A stretch of DNA of 64,000 bases from Azolla caroliniana (GCA_043228905.1 JBHGNT010000001.1:3596001-3660000); one strand, 5' to 3'. Positions 25,089 through 37,080 are shown, counted from the first letter of the stretch. The notes: generated by a model not told the origin, from the sequence alone. Made by a program: numbers and translations.

Positions 25089-27668
25089 TATCAAAAGTTC
25101 ACTAAAGTGACCTTTATATTCTTTTTCATCATTTCCACTCTTTCACACTACAATGTCTTTTTCTCTATCTTTTGATCTTTTGATGACTTGACCAATTTAG
25201 TACAAATGCCAAAGCATGGGAAGTGAAGCAAACAACGAGTATTTAATAGAAGTGATCTTAGCAGTTGGGGGGTGGCATTCCTGTCCTTGTGAATTAGCAC
25301 ATCTTAGTCGTGGCCAATGGAAATGAAACAAAGCAGCGCTTAAATTTAAGATAATCTTTGAAAATACGTACAATTTATTTTCCAACATAATTTGCTGTTC
25401 ATAATAGAAAACAATTTCAGTTTTGAGAGGCTTTTATTAATTTTGATTTTTTTTCGTTGTCCTTTTTTATTATCAATATTAGCAGCATGCTAGCCCATTT
25501 CTCGAAGAATCTTTACATGTGTAGAGTTGTGATCAAGACAATACAACCTTGGTCCATCCAAGAGAAAGAAATTTTAAAAAATCAAAGGGTTGGTGTAAGT
25601 GTCCTATCCTTCCTAGTTATCCAAACTTGCTAGATATGATTGATGGTTTGACAAGTGAGTTTACCCCATAGAACAACTAATCAAGCAAAATATCTAAATG
25701 AGACGGACCCATTTATGGGTAACAAAAACCTAGATACTCAGGAATGTTCCTGAAATTTTGTATGTTTTCAAGTATATTATATAAATAAAACTCATGAACG
25801 TTACGAGTGAGATAGTAGGCAAAAGAAGAATGAATGATTTGTAACTTCAAGAAAGAATAAAAGGCATACAAAAAGAATTAAGGCTCATAAGAAATTGTTA
25901 TTTCCCATTGAATCTTCCCCCCTCCCACACCCAAGATTTTATGTTGACAAGGTTGATATTAAAATGAGAATTTTATTTATTAAGATAATGCAATGAAATA
26001 TCATGTAACTTAATTAAGGCAAAACGATGTAATCATGTTAGAGCATCAATACCAGGTCACGCTGCTATGCTTTTATTTAAGCCTTTTTTTCGTCATTAAC
26101 TAGCTTCACTCAATGTATCCAAGTCCACCATATACACTTTACCTTCACTTTTCCCCTTTTCATTAAAGCTTAGATTTGAGAAAGTACCCATTAGTCGTTC
26201 TACTGTTCAATCACCTAAGTACACAAGTCCTAAGTTAACATGTTCCATTTGTTTCAATCTGGCCAAAAAAGTCTAAATAAAATGTATGCCTCCTAAACTA
26301 CTTACGTGGATAGTTTTAAGACCACTATTTATGGTTTGGCAAGCAAAGCTTTAATGCTTCAATGCCAATTTTTCATTTTGTTTTATTCAACGAAGTTGGG
26401 GGAAAAAAAGTATTTCAAATATAATGATACAAATTTGAAATTTGATCATGTGCACATATGCCTTCACTTTACAAGCTTGAGAATACCACTAATAAGTTCT
26501 AGACATAGTGTGTTCATCTCATGGGTGGTAATGTGGTGTGTGTTAAATGCCATGAATTACATCACACCTTTATCAAGATACTCTAGATCTAGTATCTACT
26601 TTGGAAAAAGTGATTTTTTATACTGTTTAGCAAGCATGAGCCTAGTCTTACAAAATGAGATGTGGATGGTTTTGGAAAGAAAGAGCTTTAGAAAATGACC
26701 TGTAAACGTGTGGGGAATGAGTATTGAAATTATTTGAAACAGATGATAAAGGTCAAAAGATTATAGAGCTTTGAGCCGGATATAAGTGAACAAATAAAGT
26801 TGAGAGTGTCCTGATGCTATCTAAGCTAGCACACATGTGATATCATTGATGATAATCTATGGTAGGGTTTATGATCTATGCTCTTTAGTAGACTTGGTAT
26901 GATACCCTAGTAGAGGTTATGATCTATACTCCACGACACAATTTCTCTTATTAGAGGTTTTGTTGTTTATATTGGTCTCATGCTCTCTAATAGAATTGAT
27001 ATATGATACCTTATGTTCTCTAGTGGAGTTTATGAACTATACTACCACAGAATGGTTTCTCACAAGAGGTTTGGTAGTATGCCATCGACCTTTCTTGTTC
27101 ACCTTGCAATCAATTGTTTAATATTTATATGAATATCTACGTACTATATGAGAAGCATTATTTGCATTTTTGTCATAACAGCACACCGCACCATATAGAC
27201 CGTGATTGAAAATGAGCTAATCTATTGTTTTCTTTATTACCTCCATTCATTGCATGTTAATATCTTAACAATGTTCAGAGAAACAATGTTTAGGTCTCTT
27301 AAGACAGATTTGCCGATTTAGAGATAGAAACATTAGTCCAATTCTTTTTCTTCATTGCCACAAGTTCTCTTCTTGACAAGAGGTGCTGAGAATAACCACT
27401 AGGTTCTCCCAGCTATCCGGCAGTGTGCACATCAATAGGATGGCCTGCATAGCATCATCAAGGGGAAACTTGGTATATGTGGTGCTAGTGGAAAAGAGGA
27501 AAATGTGAAAGAAGCTCAAGAAGAATATTGTATTGTTAATTCCCGCCGAACTCGTCTACAATACACAATTCCTCATATTTATAGTTAGGGTAACTAATCC
27601 CTAACCATGAGGATGTGTTCACACTGAGAGTACAATTTGTAGAGTGGGACTTTTAGCCCAACACAACC

Positions 27669-27900
27669 TCATGAATAATGCGAATGACACGTCTACCTAC
27701 AATATATACTTACATGATACATCTTAATATACATAGGGATATTGGGTTGTGTATGTAGTCTGTATGTACATACTTGATACTGCCCACACACACATACATA
27801 CATACATAAGGAGTGGGACAATACATACATTCATACATAAAATACATGGAATTGGAAACTAGATACATACATTATACATATATATCGTCGTTATTCACGA
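27669..27900. mobile_element. Possible small MITE
   Basis: Imperfect terminal inverted repeats tcatgaataatg...cgttattcacga around a TACA-rich interior; no clear TSD. Confidence 0.3.
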
Positions 27901-28479
27901 TCATTGGGCCGGTCTTCTCTCTCTCTGTGCTCCTCAACTATTGGATCATGAGTAGAGAACCACCACATTATGTTGCATCTCTGCATTGAGGGTTACTTCC
28001 TCCTCCACCCGCATAAGAAAAGCTTCTAAAATTGGAATTGGCTATAAACTAACATTTCCTCAAAGCTTTTCGCGTGGTTTTATTGTTGCGTCAAAATAGA
28101 ATCATATATCGAGAAGAATATCTTTCAAAGTTGCCATTGAAACTCGTGAACTTAACACACACACACACACACACAACATGTTGAAGTTATGTTTCTCTAT
28201 CGTGGTGTTCACACCACATCAAAAAGTTTATATTTTTCTCCATCGTTATTTGTTATAGATGCTCTCAAGTATATCCATCTTGAAGTTACGTTTTTTTCTC
28301 AATGCTCGTAGACTGCAGTATATCTTCATGTCATGATATTTAATTGAATCTTTGTGCTACACATGATCTACATTTATCTCATAGTTCAAAGGTAGAATTT
28401 ATTGCATTTCACTTTTATGTGCACAAAGACAAAGGGGGGGGGGGGGGGGGGGGGGAAGAGGGGCCCGAATCAACATATG

Positions 28480-28598
28480 TATTGTAACCTAACAAAAGTT
28501 TTTATGATCATACTCATTTTTGTAGGAGGTACCTTCAACATATTGTAACCTAACAAAAGTTTTTATAACCATACTCATTTTTGTAGAAGGTACCTTCA
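28480..28598. repeat. 61-bp tandem duplication next to a poly-G run (28434-28455)
   Basis: tattgtaacctaacaaaagtttttat...gtaccttca starts at 28480 and 28541. Confidence 0.85.
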
Positions 28599-28599
28599 C

Positions 28600-29080
28600 A
28601 GGGAAGGATTGAACAATCCAAATCCCAATGGATGGAGGGATGTTTTGCACATGGCCAAACAGGAATATGGTCTAGGAATCCTAATTAATATCAGGCTTCC
28701 AAATTTGTTGTTAAGTTAGTACTACAGTACCTTGTTAAGTATTCTAGAAGATATAGCTCAATTAATTCTCTATTAGTACCTTACCTTCAACATGAAATGC
28801 CATAATAATGTCTAGAACCTTCATTTAAGTGGTGCTAAATTAATTGCTAGCAAACAAGAGATTGTCTTGGAAGGATGAAATCTCATCAAGCATACATAGG
28901 ATATATGATTGTCAAGACAATTCCAATTGTGCTCTATTTCCTTCTTTTCTAGAAAAAAAATCTATTGCCCCTTAAATCTTAGGCTACGACAAGGGGGCTA
29001 TCCTAGACTTAATGAGATTTGGTGTGGTAGTCGCTCGACCAGCTAGTTAACTTATAGATGTAAACAACTTTTTCTCTGGA
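28600..29080 (+). mobile_element. Degraded LINE ORF2 remnant
   Basis: One frame reads LHMAKQEYGLGILIN, resembling the PKxxGGLG motif downstream of plant L1 RT. Many stops; boundaries approximate. Confidence 0.35.
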
Positions 29081-30036
29081 ATGGTTAAAGACTCAATTGT
29101 CCAAAGTATAAAAAGGTTTATTTATGTATTACGGTAGTGCAAAAACATATAATAAAGGTTACCATGCAATCTCATCATCGTACATAATGCAACATTAATA
29201 TCATGCTTTATTTTAACTTCCTTACACACTTACTACTTTACTTTTTGGCCTTTTATTAACTTTTAACATTATACAAAGAGTACAACTTACAAGTATGTAC
29301 ATACATATATGATTGATACCATGCCATTTTACAAAGGGATATTTTAAAGAAATGGTATTGCATTGCATGAGAGACCTGAGAATCCCTGGAGACGTGGTGC
29401 ACGCATGAAACAAGAGCACCTGAAAGTAAATAATCTATCTAGGACATTCTGTAGTTGAATCGATAAAGTTGAGACATGATGCAGTGATGTTAAAGGTGAT
29501 GTGAGAAAAATGTTGAGTTTGTTTTTAGTGCTAGATATGAGGCAACATAGAAACAAAGCACACTAACTAGTCATGTCTAATCTGTCTCAGGAAAACTTGG
29601 CTGACAATGTCTAAGTAAAATGTATAACTCGTAAACCATTTACGTGGGAGGTTTTAAAACCCTTCCATTTTGGTTGGCAAGAAATGATTTTCTTTTTCGA
29701 TTCCAATAGATCATTTTGTTTTTTCATGGGCCGAAATGTGAAAGCAACTCCTAACTCCTAGCCAAGTAAGACGAAAATACTTGGCTCCTCTCTCTATATG
29801 ACCAATTTAACATAGGGAGGTCGGAAACAACTAAATATTTAACACACAAGGGAATAAATTAGGAACTAAGACAAACTACAAGAGCATTGCTTAAATGTAA
29901 TTAGCAACATTTTTTCCTTCATATGCATCAAATTTATAGGAAGTTCATTTGCAACATTTTATATATTTCTGTACTAATTTTTTTATGTTATGTAATGGAC
30001 ACAACTGAAAAATTGAACCTATTGTGCTTAAATGAA

Positions 30037-31048
30037 GGGAAAAGTACCAGGATACCCTTGGAAGTTCGTCTATTTACCAGAATGCCCCTGGAAGTTCCAA
30101 ATTTGCCAAACTACCCCTATGTCCAAAACAATACACTTTATAAAGTAATTATACACTCAAATCCACAAGCCCTAGTTACCAGAATGCCCCTGGAAGTTCC
30201 AAATTTGCCAAACTACCCCTATGTCCAAATAAATACACTTTATAAAGTAATTATACACTCAAATCCACAAGCCCTAGTTACCAGGATACTCTTCAAACAC
30301 AAATTTCTTTACTTAAGCGATTCTTTGGGTCCTTTGTATCTAACAACGTAGTCTTTCTTTTCTTTCTTGTTCATTGGGTTTGGTTTGCGAGTATTTTTGA
30401 AATTGATGAGATTGAGGAGATTTAGTTGTGATTGCATTTTGCTAACAAAATTTAGTGTAAAATCAGGAAATTTGGTTTAAGATAGCATTTTAATAGCAAA
30501 GTGTTATGTGAGATTTTGTTAAAAATGACATTTTGGGAGCAAAGTTTTTCGTGAGATTTGGTTTAACATTTTGGCCGCAAATTGTTTGTGAATCCGCAAA
30601 TTCATGGATTTTGGCTTCAAAATGGCATCCCAATGGTAAAATTTGGTGTGCGATCAAATGCTTTGGTTTTAAAAATTAAGATTAAGTTTTGGTCACTTCA
30701 ATCACAAATTTTGGTTTTATGGGATTAAGCCAGTATAACTCGGTGTAAATTCATAGAATTGGATTTTAAGGTGACCTTTCAATTGAAATTTTTGATAATT
30801 TAGTTTGATTTATGATGTATTTTGAGAAATAAAAGTGGTATAAATTGGTCAAAATAGGTATATAGTGGCATTATGGTAACTAAGTTTAGGTTTAAGGGTA
30901 TTATGGTAAATAGGACTTGTAGATTTAAGTGTATAATTACTTTATAAAGTGTATTGTTTTGGACATAGGGGTACTTTGGTAAATTTGGAACTTCTAGGGG
31001 CATTATGGTAAATAGACGAACTTCCAGGGGTATCTTGGTACTTTTGCC
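30037..31048. mobile_element. Mutator-like (MULE) MITE with long TIRs and 9-bp TSD
   Basis: TSD ttaaatgaa at 30028-30036 and 31049-31057. TIRs longer than 130 bp start gggaaaagtacca / ggcaaaagtacca. The left TIR has a 102-bp tandem duplication (units at 30074 and 30176). No transposase. Confidence 0.92.
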
Positions 31049-32425
31049 TTAAATGAATAAGAGTATTGTTTCCTAAAACAATGTGTAGAGCTCCCATCCA
31101 TTGGTTCCTTCTAATTATGTTGCTTGTTGTGATTGTACCCCCAATGCCTAATATTGTTTTGATTATCAAAGTCCACATTCTTGTCAATTGGTTGCATCTA
31201 GCTGTAGAAAATTCCTACTTGGAAGCATTTGAGAGTCTCCAAGAAGGTTTTTTCTTGATGAAAGGGAGATTGGAACATCTCTAATATGCTACATGTACAC
31301 ATTCCATGGGAACGTGCCCAAGAGATGATGTGTGTCTACAAACCCTAAACCTACTTAGACATGACAAATTCTAGTACATCTGTTGGCACCTAGTTCATGA
31401 TGATTGACCATTGTAACATGTTCATATGCCTAGATAAATTATCGGCGACATAAAGAGTAAGATTATATTATCTTAGCGAACCAACCCATGATTATATTTT
31501 CACATTCATGGTCCCTGGACCTAATGAGCAACCACTAGTTTTGTCGATTCGATTTAAAATGGTCAGTGTGAGCACCCACCCATCCAAGAGATATAGGAAC
31601 TAGTGTTGGACAAAATTTCTCAATGTAGCCTCGTAGTGAGAATCTTGCTTAAATAAGTGTTATAATATGGGTCACTAAAAAGGCAATAGGATTGATATAT
31701 ATGTATGAGATTTCATGTGCACAAATGCCTTTATTAGATCAACAATATTGATACATAATAGGTTGATTTGGACGAGAGGTCATAGGCACTCATGTTTTAT
31801 AAATCTATCATGCATATCATTTATATATAGTTGTAGTATGTTAACCACATTGGTGACCTAGCCAAGTGAGTATTAAATGCGTGATCGTACTTTGTGGATT
31901 GCATCCTACCCTTACCAAGATACTCATGATCTTGATATATACTCCGAAAATATTTATTTTCAATAATTTCAAGCAAGAGCTTTCTCTTATATAATCAGAT
32001 GTTGATGGCTACACCAACAGAACGAACTATGGAAAGTTACCTACAAAACTATGGAAAGTTACCTACAAAACGCAGGGAATGAACTAAAATGGATCACAAA
32101 ACTCACAAGGAGATAGGGCTTTGAGCCAAATAAAAGTGATGAGGAAATGTGAGTGTCTCTTATCGCTAGCTAAGTTAACACACATACATGATATCACTTC
32201 TCAAGCTCTCTTGTAGAAATGGTATGATATTGTATTGTCTTCCCTCAAATGCTAATGGTTTGAAATCCCCACTCTAGTAGAGTTTTGGGATAATGCAAGA
32301 TGCCATGCCCTTTGGTAGAATCTATTACCTATATTGCATCAAATGATTTCTCATAATAAGAGGTTATTGGTCGACCTTTTTTGTCAACATGGTACACATT
32401 AGTTGAAAATACACTTTCATATCTT

Positions 32426-34186
32426 TATTTTTTTTCATAAAAGATCTTCTTCAATAGTATTAAGAAACAACGCCCAAAGGCTACAACTTGGACCTAGTTG
32501 CCCAGGAGGGAGGTTACAACTTTTTATATACAATGATGTAAACTAACCTAGGACCAAATATCGAACCTTGTAGAAGGTTGAAATTTGTTGATATTCAAGA
32601 AAGATTCCATGGAAGTCAATAGCGCCATCAAGGCTCTTGAGTTGACATTGTAAACAGGGGCAACTTTTCACGTAAGTGAAGGAGCTTTTTTCCTTCTCTT
32701 GTTCACAGTGTATGGGGAACCATGCATATTATCATACTGGCCACAGACAACTGCCAACAAGTTCTCCCATATCTCGAGTAGCACGTCTAACAGATGAATG
32801 TTTGCTGCATCATAAAGTCGGTTACGTCGACATTTCCATAATTCACATAATGTTATTGTGGTCACTGTTTTCCAAATCTGGATAGATTGCATCTACTTTC
32901 GAGGTTGCTACAAGGTATTAACTAATATTAATATTCTATTATGTACTGTCATTGCCTCCTGAATATCGCTTGTCTCATGCAACATCAAGTTGGAATGTAA
33001 CACTCCCCACATTATTGATCCTCATGAGAATAGGCAACCGACATTGAGTGTTAGGAACAATGACATGACTTTATTCCATACTTGTTGAGCAAAGGGAGAA
33101 GACCATAGGACATGCTTGGTAGTCTCCTGCACCTCATGGCAAAATCCACATTGATGGTTTGGATGCTTTGTTTTCTACAACCTTCCAACTAAAGTAGGAA
33201 CATCTATGGTTTGGATGCTTCACAAATGATACATTGGTGGTTGTTAAGGGTGTTTCACCTAATGGGTGGTTTCTTATTTTGAGGTCCTAGACAACAATAG
33301 ATTGGAATCTTATACCTTTGATTGCAGTTATCTACAAGACTTGCGAAGTGCACCATTATAGTGGTTGCTAAAACTAGAAAGAAATGGACACTTGATCCTT
33401 ATCCTTCAATTGCTCATATGTGTGATATACTATGGTTATACGCAAAAGACCTTGTTGCAAGATTAACATGGGATCCGGGGGATTGGCTTTGGTCACACTC
33501 CTTGGGGGAAAAGATCGTAAAGGTCCCCCGTCTTTCAGTACTCCGTAAAACTTGGAAAATCATTGCTGCTCTCTCAGAATGTAACGATACCAGTAACAAT
33601 TAGCAACGGTTCGATTTGAACTGAACCGAATAGCGAAACTACGGCTTAACGGTTTAAACGGTTATTTATTTATTATTTATTTTTAAAACAATTTCAAAAA
33701 TTTCAAAATTTTGTTTTTAAACAATCTTTTCATTTTCATGCCTTATTCTCACATTTTAGGAAAATCTTTAAAATTTAAATTAATGAATTATTTTAAAATT
33801 TACAATTTTAATTTTGACCTAAGTTGAAAACTAAAACCAAATCACGAAATTGCGATTTTACCGATTTAATGGCTTAATAGTTTGATTTTTTTAAATGGTT
33901 TGGTTTAACGGTTTCGTGGTTTGGTTTGATTCAAGTTTCAAAAATTTCAAATGGTTCGGTTTTGACCCTTTCAAATTGAACCGAACCATTGCCGATTGTT
34001 AGATACCAGTAGCTTAGAAACATTGCACCAACTTGGGTGTCTCAACTTGGCATTTGAGAACTTAATGGAGATGGATTTGGTCATTTAAGGGGCCAACTAA
34101 ATTTATTCTGTTTTAATTGTTATTAATGCATATGGCACTACCAGTCGGTCATTCATTGAAAGGGAATGTAGCACCCAATTTGTGGC
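32426..34186 (-). mobile_element. LINE insertion, probably 5'-inverted (minus-strand 3' segment 32426-33168; plus-strand upstream segment ~33169-34186)
   Basis: Minus: KHPNHQCGFCHEVQETTKHVLWSSPFAQQVW...ITLCELWKCRRNRLYD, with T-tail from 32426. Plus: LTWDPGDWLW...FQYSVKLG...WRWIWSFKGPTK...ALPVG. Flanks aatacactttcatatctt (32408-32425) and aatgcatttccatatctt (34187-34204) match at 15/18. Confidence 0.7.
33594..34001. mobile_element. hAT-like MITE nested in the LINE
   Basis: 8-bp TSD gataccag at 33586-33593 and 34002-34009. Imperfect TIRs taacaattagcaacggttcg / taacaatcggcaatggttcg. Subterminal aaccg/cggtt repeats and AT-rich core. Confidence 0.88.
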
Positions 34187-34532
34187 AATGCATTTCCATA
34201 TCTTGGAATATATGATGGAAACATAAACTCCATCATGATTTTATCATGTATACAATGGATGGAATGCAAGACTTTTTGGTATGTGCCTTTATTTATATTC
34301 ATTGGGATATTAGACTACGATACGTATGTAGAAGTAGAGGGGAATTGAGGATGTGATCAAATTTAGTTGTAAGTTGTAACTATTATTATCTCTATTTAAA
34401 GTGTGTCAATTCTCATTTCCCAAAGAAACGAAATGACATATACTACGGTAAGGTCCTATGGTAAGCCCACTAGAGATGGGAAGAGGGGGGGGGGGGGGGA
34501 TTAGTTAGAGGCACGCTGAATACAACTCCTCG

Positions 34533-34660
34533 GCAAACTAGAGCTTGTGCTAATAATGATAAGGAGCGAAGAAATGTCGATTGTGATTCCTTGACTTTAT
34601 TCGGTCGCGAGCAAACTATAGCTTGTGCTAATAATAAAAAGGACCGGGGAAATGTCCGAA
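34533..34660. repeat. ~78-bp-period tandem duplication
   Basis: gcaaacta(g/t)agcttgtgctaataat...aagga...gaaatgtc occurs twice. Confidence 0.7.
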
Positions 34661-35088
34661 GCTAGGCATGGAAGATCCGCCTTTTATTTTGTCGCGGAGG
34701 AAGTGGACAAGGGTATATAATGGGGAAGGGTCCCAAGATGGTATCCCAAGATTTGGTGTTTGATTGTGGGGTCTATAAGGGGGCATTGGGAGCCACGAAT
34801 TTTGGCTCTACCAAAAGTGTGTCAAGTCTATATCCATATACAAACATAACATATATACATACGTGTGTATGCATATAAAGCATGTGCAGACGAAAGACGG
34901 CTGAACGACAGCCCACAATGGGACAATTAGGCACAGTCCTAGACCTACTAACCCTAACCCTAGCCCTAGCCCTGAGAGCGATTGCTCCTCCAATAATTTG
35001 TTGGAAAGTAAATATGGAAGAAACTGTAGGAGATTTAGAGTACATCCTTCCCTCAATCCCTGTGTGTGTGTGTGTGTGTGCAAACATA

Positions 35089-35295
35089 GCATCATGCCCA
35101 TCATGCCCATCATGCCCATCAACCAACAATCATCACCATATCTACGCAGCTGTAGACATGTAGAGTCCTGGATTCCATCATGCCATCTCTCTATGCAGAC
35201 CAGTACACATATAGAGTACTGATTGCATCATGCCATCATCTCTACGGCTAGCAGTAGTAGACATGAATGTAGACCACTGCTGAATGATTTCACCA

Positions 35296-35346
<51 letters not shown>
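35089..35346. repeat. Degenerate ~45-65-bp tandem repeats and (CT)n upstream of BPS1-like gene 2
   Basis: (catcatgcc)x3, then about three units of catcatgccat...ctac/tg...gta.acat...tagag/c, then (TC)n at 35301-35346. Confidence 0.65.
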
Positions 35347-35349
<3 letters not shown>

Positions 35350-35524
35350 GAAGACGTTAATACACCTTTCTTTCTTTCTTTCTTTCTCTCAGAGTCTCTG
35401 TCTAGTTTCCATATCTCTGTCTCTCTCTCCATATATACATAATTTCTTCGCAGTCCCCAGAGCACACAGATTGGTGACTCTATTACAGAGTCTGTCGATC
35501 CTTTCGTGATTCATCACATCATCC

Positions 35525-36790
35525 ATGGGCCGATTGGTTTCCTCTACTTTCATCTCTCCTTCTCTGTCCCTCAGCCACCGCACCATGAGCACCACCTCCT
35601 CCATCGCCGCCGCCAACGACTCTGCATCTGCTCCGCCTCCTGCAGAGCTCCAGAAATTCGAGGCCGACCTGGCGGAGAGGCTTGAGCATCTGAGCCTGGC
35701 TACTAACCCCCCCAACCTCAACTGGATATCTGATGCCATGGCCGTCCTGCTCTCCACACACGCCTCCGCCTCCGCCAGCCTCTTCCCCACTCTCCGCTCT
35801 CTTCTTCTACATGACGATTCTGCCACCGCCGACGCCACCAAGCATATGATTCAGGAGCACCTGGAGCGCTGCGTGGGGCTCCTGGATGTGTGCCACGCAC
35901 TCAAGACTGCGACGTACGAGCTGGAGGAGCACCTGGGCCAGCTGGACCATGCCATCGCCCGAGCCGGGGAGGCCTGCACTAACGCCACCGCCAATGGAGC
36001 GGGACTGATGCAGGCCGCTGGCCGCAGACTGAGATCCTGCCTTCCTCAAGCAGACTGCCCCATGAAACGCCGCTCCCACCCGCGGCCACCTCTCACAGAT
36101 GCCTCCAACCGAAGCCTGGCATGGCAGCAAACCCTAGCGGAAGCCCACCGATCTCTGCACCAGCTCAAGAAGCGGATTACGTCTCCCCCGCCACAGCCAT
36201 CACGCCATTGCAGCGGCGATGCATGCACTCTTCTTCTCCTTCAATCTGTTAACGCTACCACTCTCACAGCAGCGTTTCTGCTCAGCGCTCTGACGTCCAC
36301 GCTAATGGGGCTCTCGAGCAGCAGCAGCAGCAGCAGCAGCAAAGACGGCGCATGGTGGAGCAGATCCGGCATGATGGCATCACAGAGACAGAGACGGCGG
36401 CACTGCTGCATGATCAGCCCATCCACTGTGAGCAGTCTGGGAGGTAGAGATTGCCGGTGGGCGTTACCTCTGCAGGAGATCCAGCGTGACCTGCTGGCAC
36501 ACGAGGCTGCAGAGCTCAGCACGAATGGAGGTGGGGGGCAGCTGGATCAGGTGTACGTGCTGGGACGCACAGCCTGCGTGGCGCTGGGGCAGAGCCACAA
36601 GAATCATGAGGCTGGGGCGGCACTTCTCCTAGTGAAGCTAGGGATGGGCAATCTGGCGAAGGAGGTGGGGGAGATGCGGGAATCGATCGCCGGCCTGCGA
36701 GCTCAGACTGGAATTCTGTGTCAAGCTATGGCGGGTGTCCGAGCCGGCCTACTGGACGCCACCTCCTCCTCCGCTGCGATCATCATCTAG
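35525..36790 (+). CDS. BPS1/ROH1-like (DUF793-type) helical protein, paralog 2, intronless
   Basis: 421-aa GC-rich ORF with LQKFEADLAERLEHL, LNWISDAMAVLLSTH, MIQEHLERCVGLLDVCHALK, WALPLQEIQRDLLAHEA and QLDQVYVLG; the last motif is identical in paralog 1. Confidence 0.8.
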   Translation: MGRLVSSTFISPSLSLSHRTMSTTSSIAAANDSASAPPPAELQKFEADLAERLEHLSLATNPPNLNWISDAMAVLLSTHASASASLFPTLRSLLLHDDSATADATKHMIQEHLERCVGLLDVCHALKTATYELEEHLGQLDHAIARAGEACTNATANGAGLMQAAGRRLRSCLPQADCPMKRRSHPRPPLTDASNRSLAWQQTLAEAHRSLHQLKKRITSPPPQPSRHCSGDACTLLLLQSVNATTLTAAFLLSALTSTLMGLSSSSSSSSSKDGAWWSRSGMMASQRQRRRHCCMISPSTVSSLGGRDCRWALPLQEIQRDLLAHEAAELSTNGGGGQLDQVYVLGRTACVALGQSHKNHEAGAALLLVKLGMGNLAKEVGEMRESIAGLRAQTGILCQAMAGVRAGLLDATSSSAAIII

Positions 36791-36869
36791 TGGAGTCTGC
36801 AGATCAAATACATAGATATGGACACATTAGAGAGAGAGAGAGACAGAGATAGAAAGAGAGAACCTATAT

Positions 36870-36942
36870 GGATTTAGCTCAGTTGGTAAGGTTGCCCAAT
36901 GGAGATCATGAGGTCATGGGTTCAACCCTACATTCTACATTG
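36870..36942 (+). mobile_element. tRNA-derived SINE head or tRNA pseudogene
   Basis: A-box TAGCTCAGTTGG and B-box GGTTCAACCC at tRNA-like spacing; acceptor and anticodon stems do not pair properly. Confidence 0.6.
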
Positions 36943-37007
36943 GCATCTATTTATCTAGTGAATTGAAAGAGATATCTATAGGTAGAAGTATCTAATAGAG
37001 AGGTGAG

Positions 37008-37080
37008 ACAACAGGTGGGTTTCGAACCCAAGACAATTGTGCTTGTTTGGTGTAACAGCTTACCATTAAAGTAAGGTGCT
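37008..37080 (-). mobile_element. Second tRNA-like SINE head, convergent with the first
   Basis: Minus strand reads TACTTTAATGGTAAG (A-box-like) ... GGGTTCGAAACCC (B-box/T-arm, 37017-37029); no intact cloverleaf. Confidence 0.5.

Noticed and set aside
28434-28455. Poly-G tracts (also 34486-34499) as G-quadruplex regulators
   Set aside because: Simple homopolymers in TE-rich intergenic DNA with no supporting context.
29923-31187. ORFs with repeated MPLEVPNLP peptides on both strands
   Set aside because: They are translations of the MULE-MITE inverted repeats and its 102-bp duplication.
36870-37080. Functional tRNA genes
   Set aside because: A and B boxes are present but acceptor and anticodon stems do not pair; treated as SINE heads or pseudogenes.
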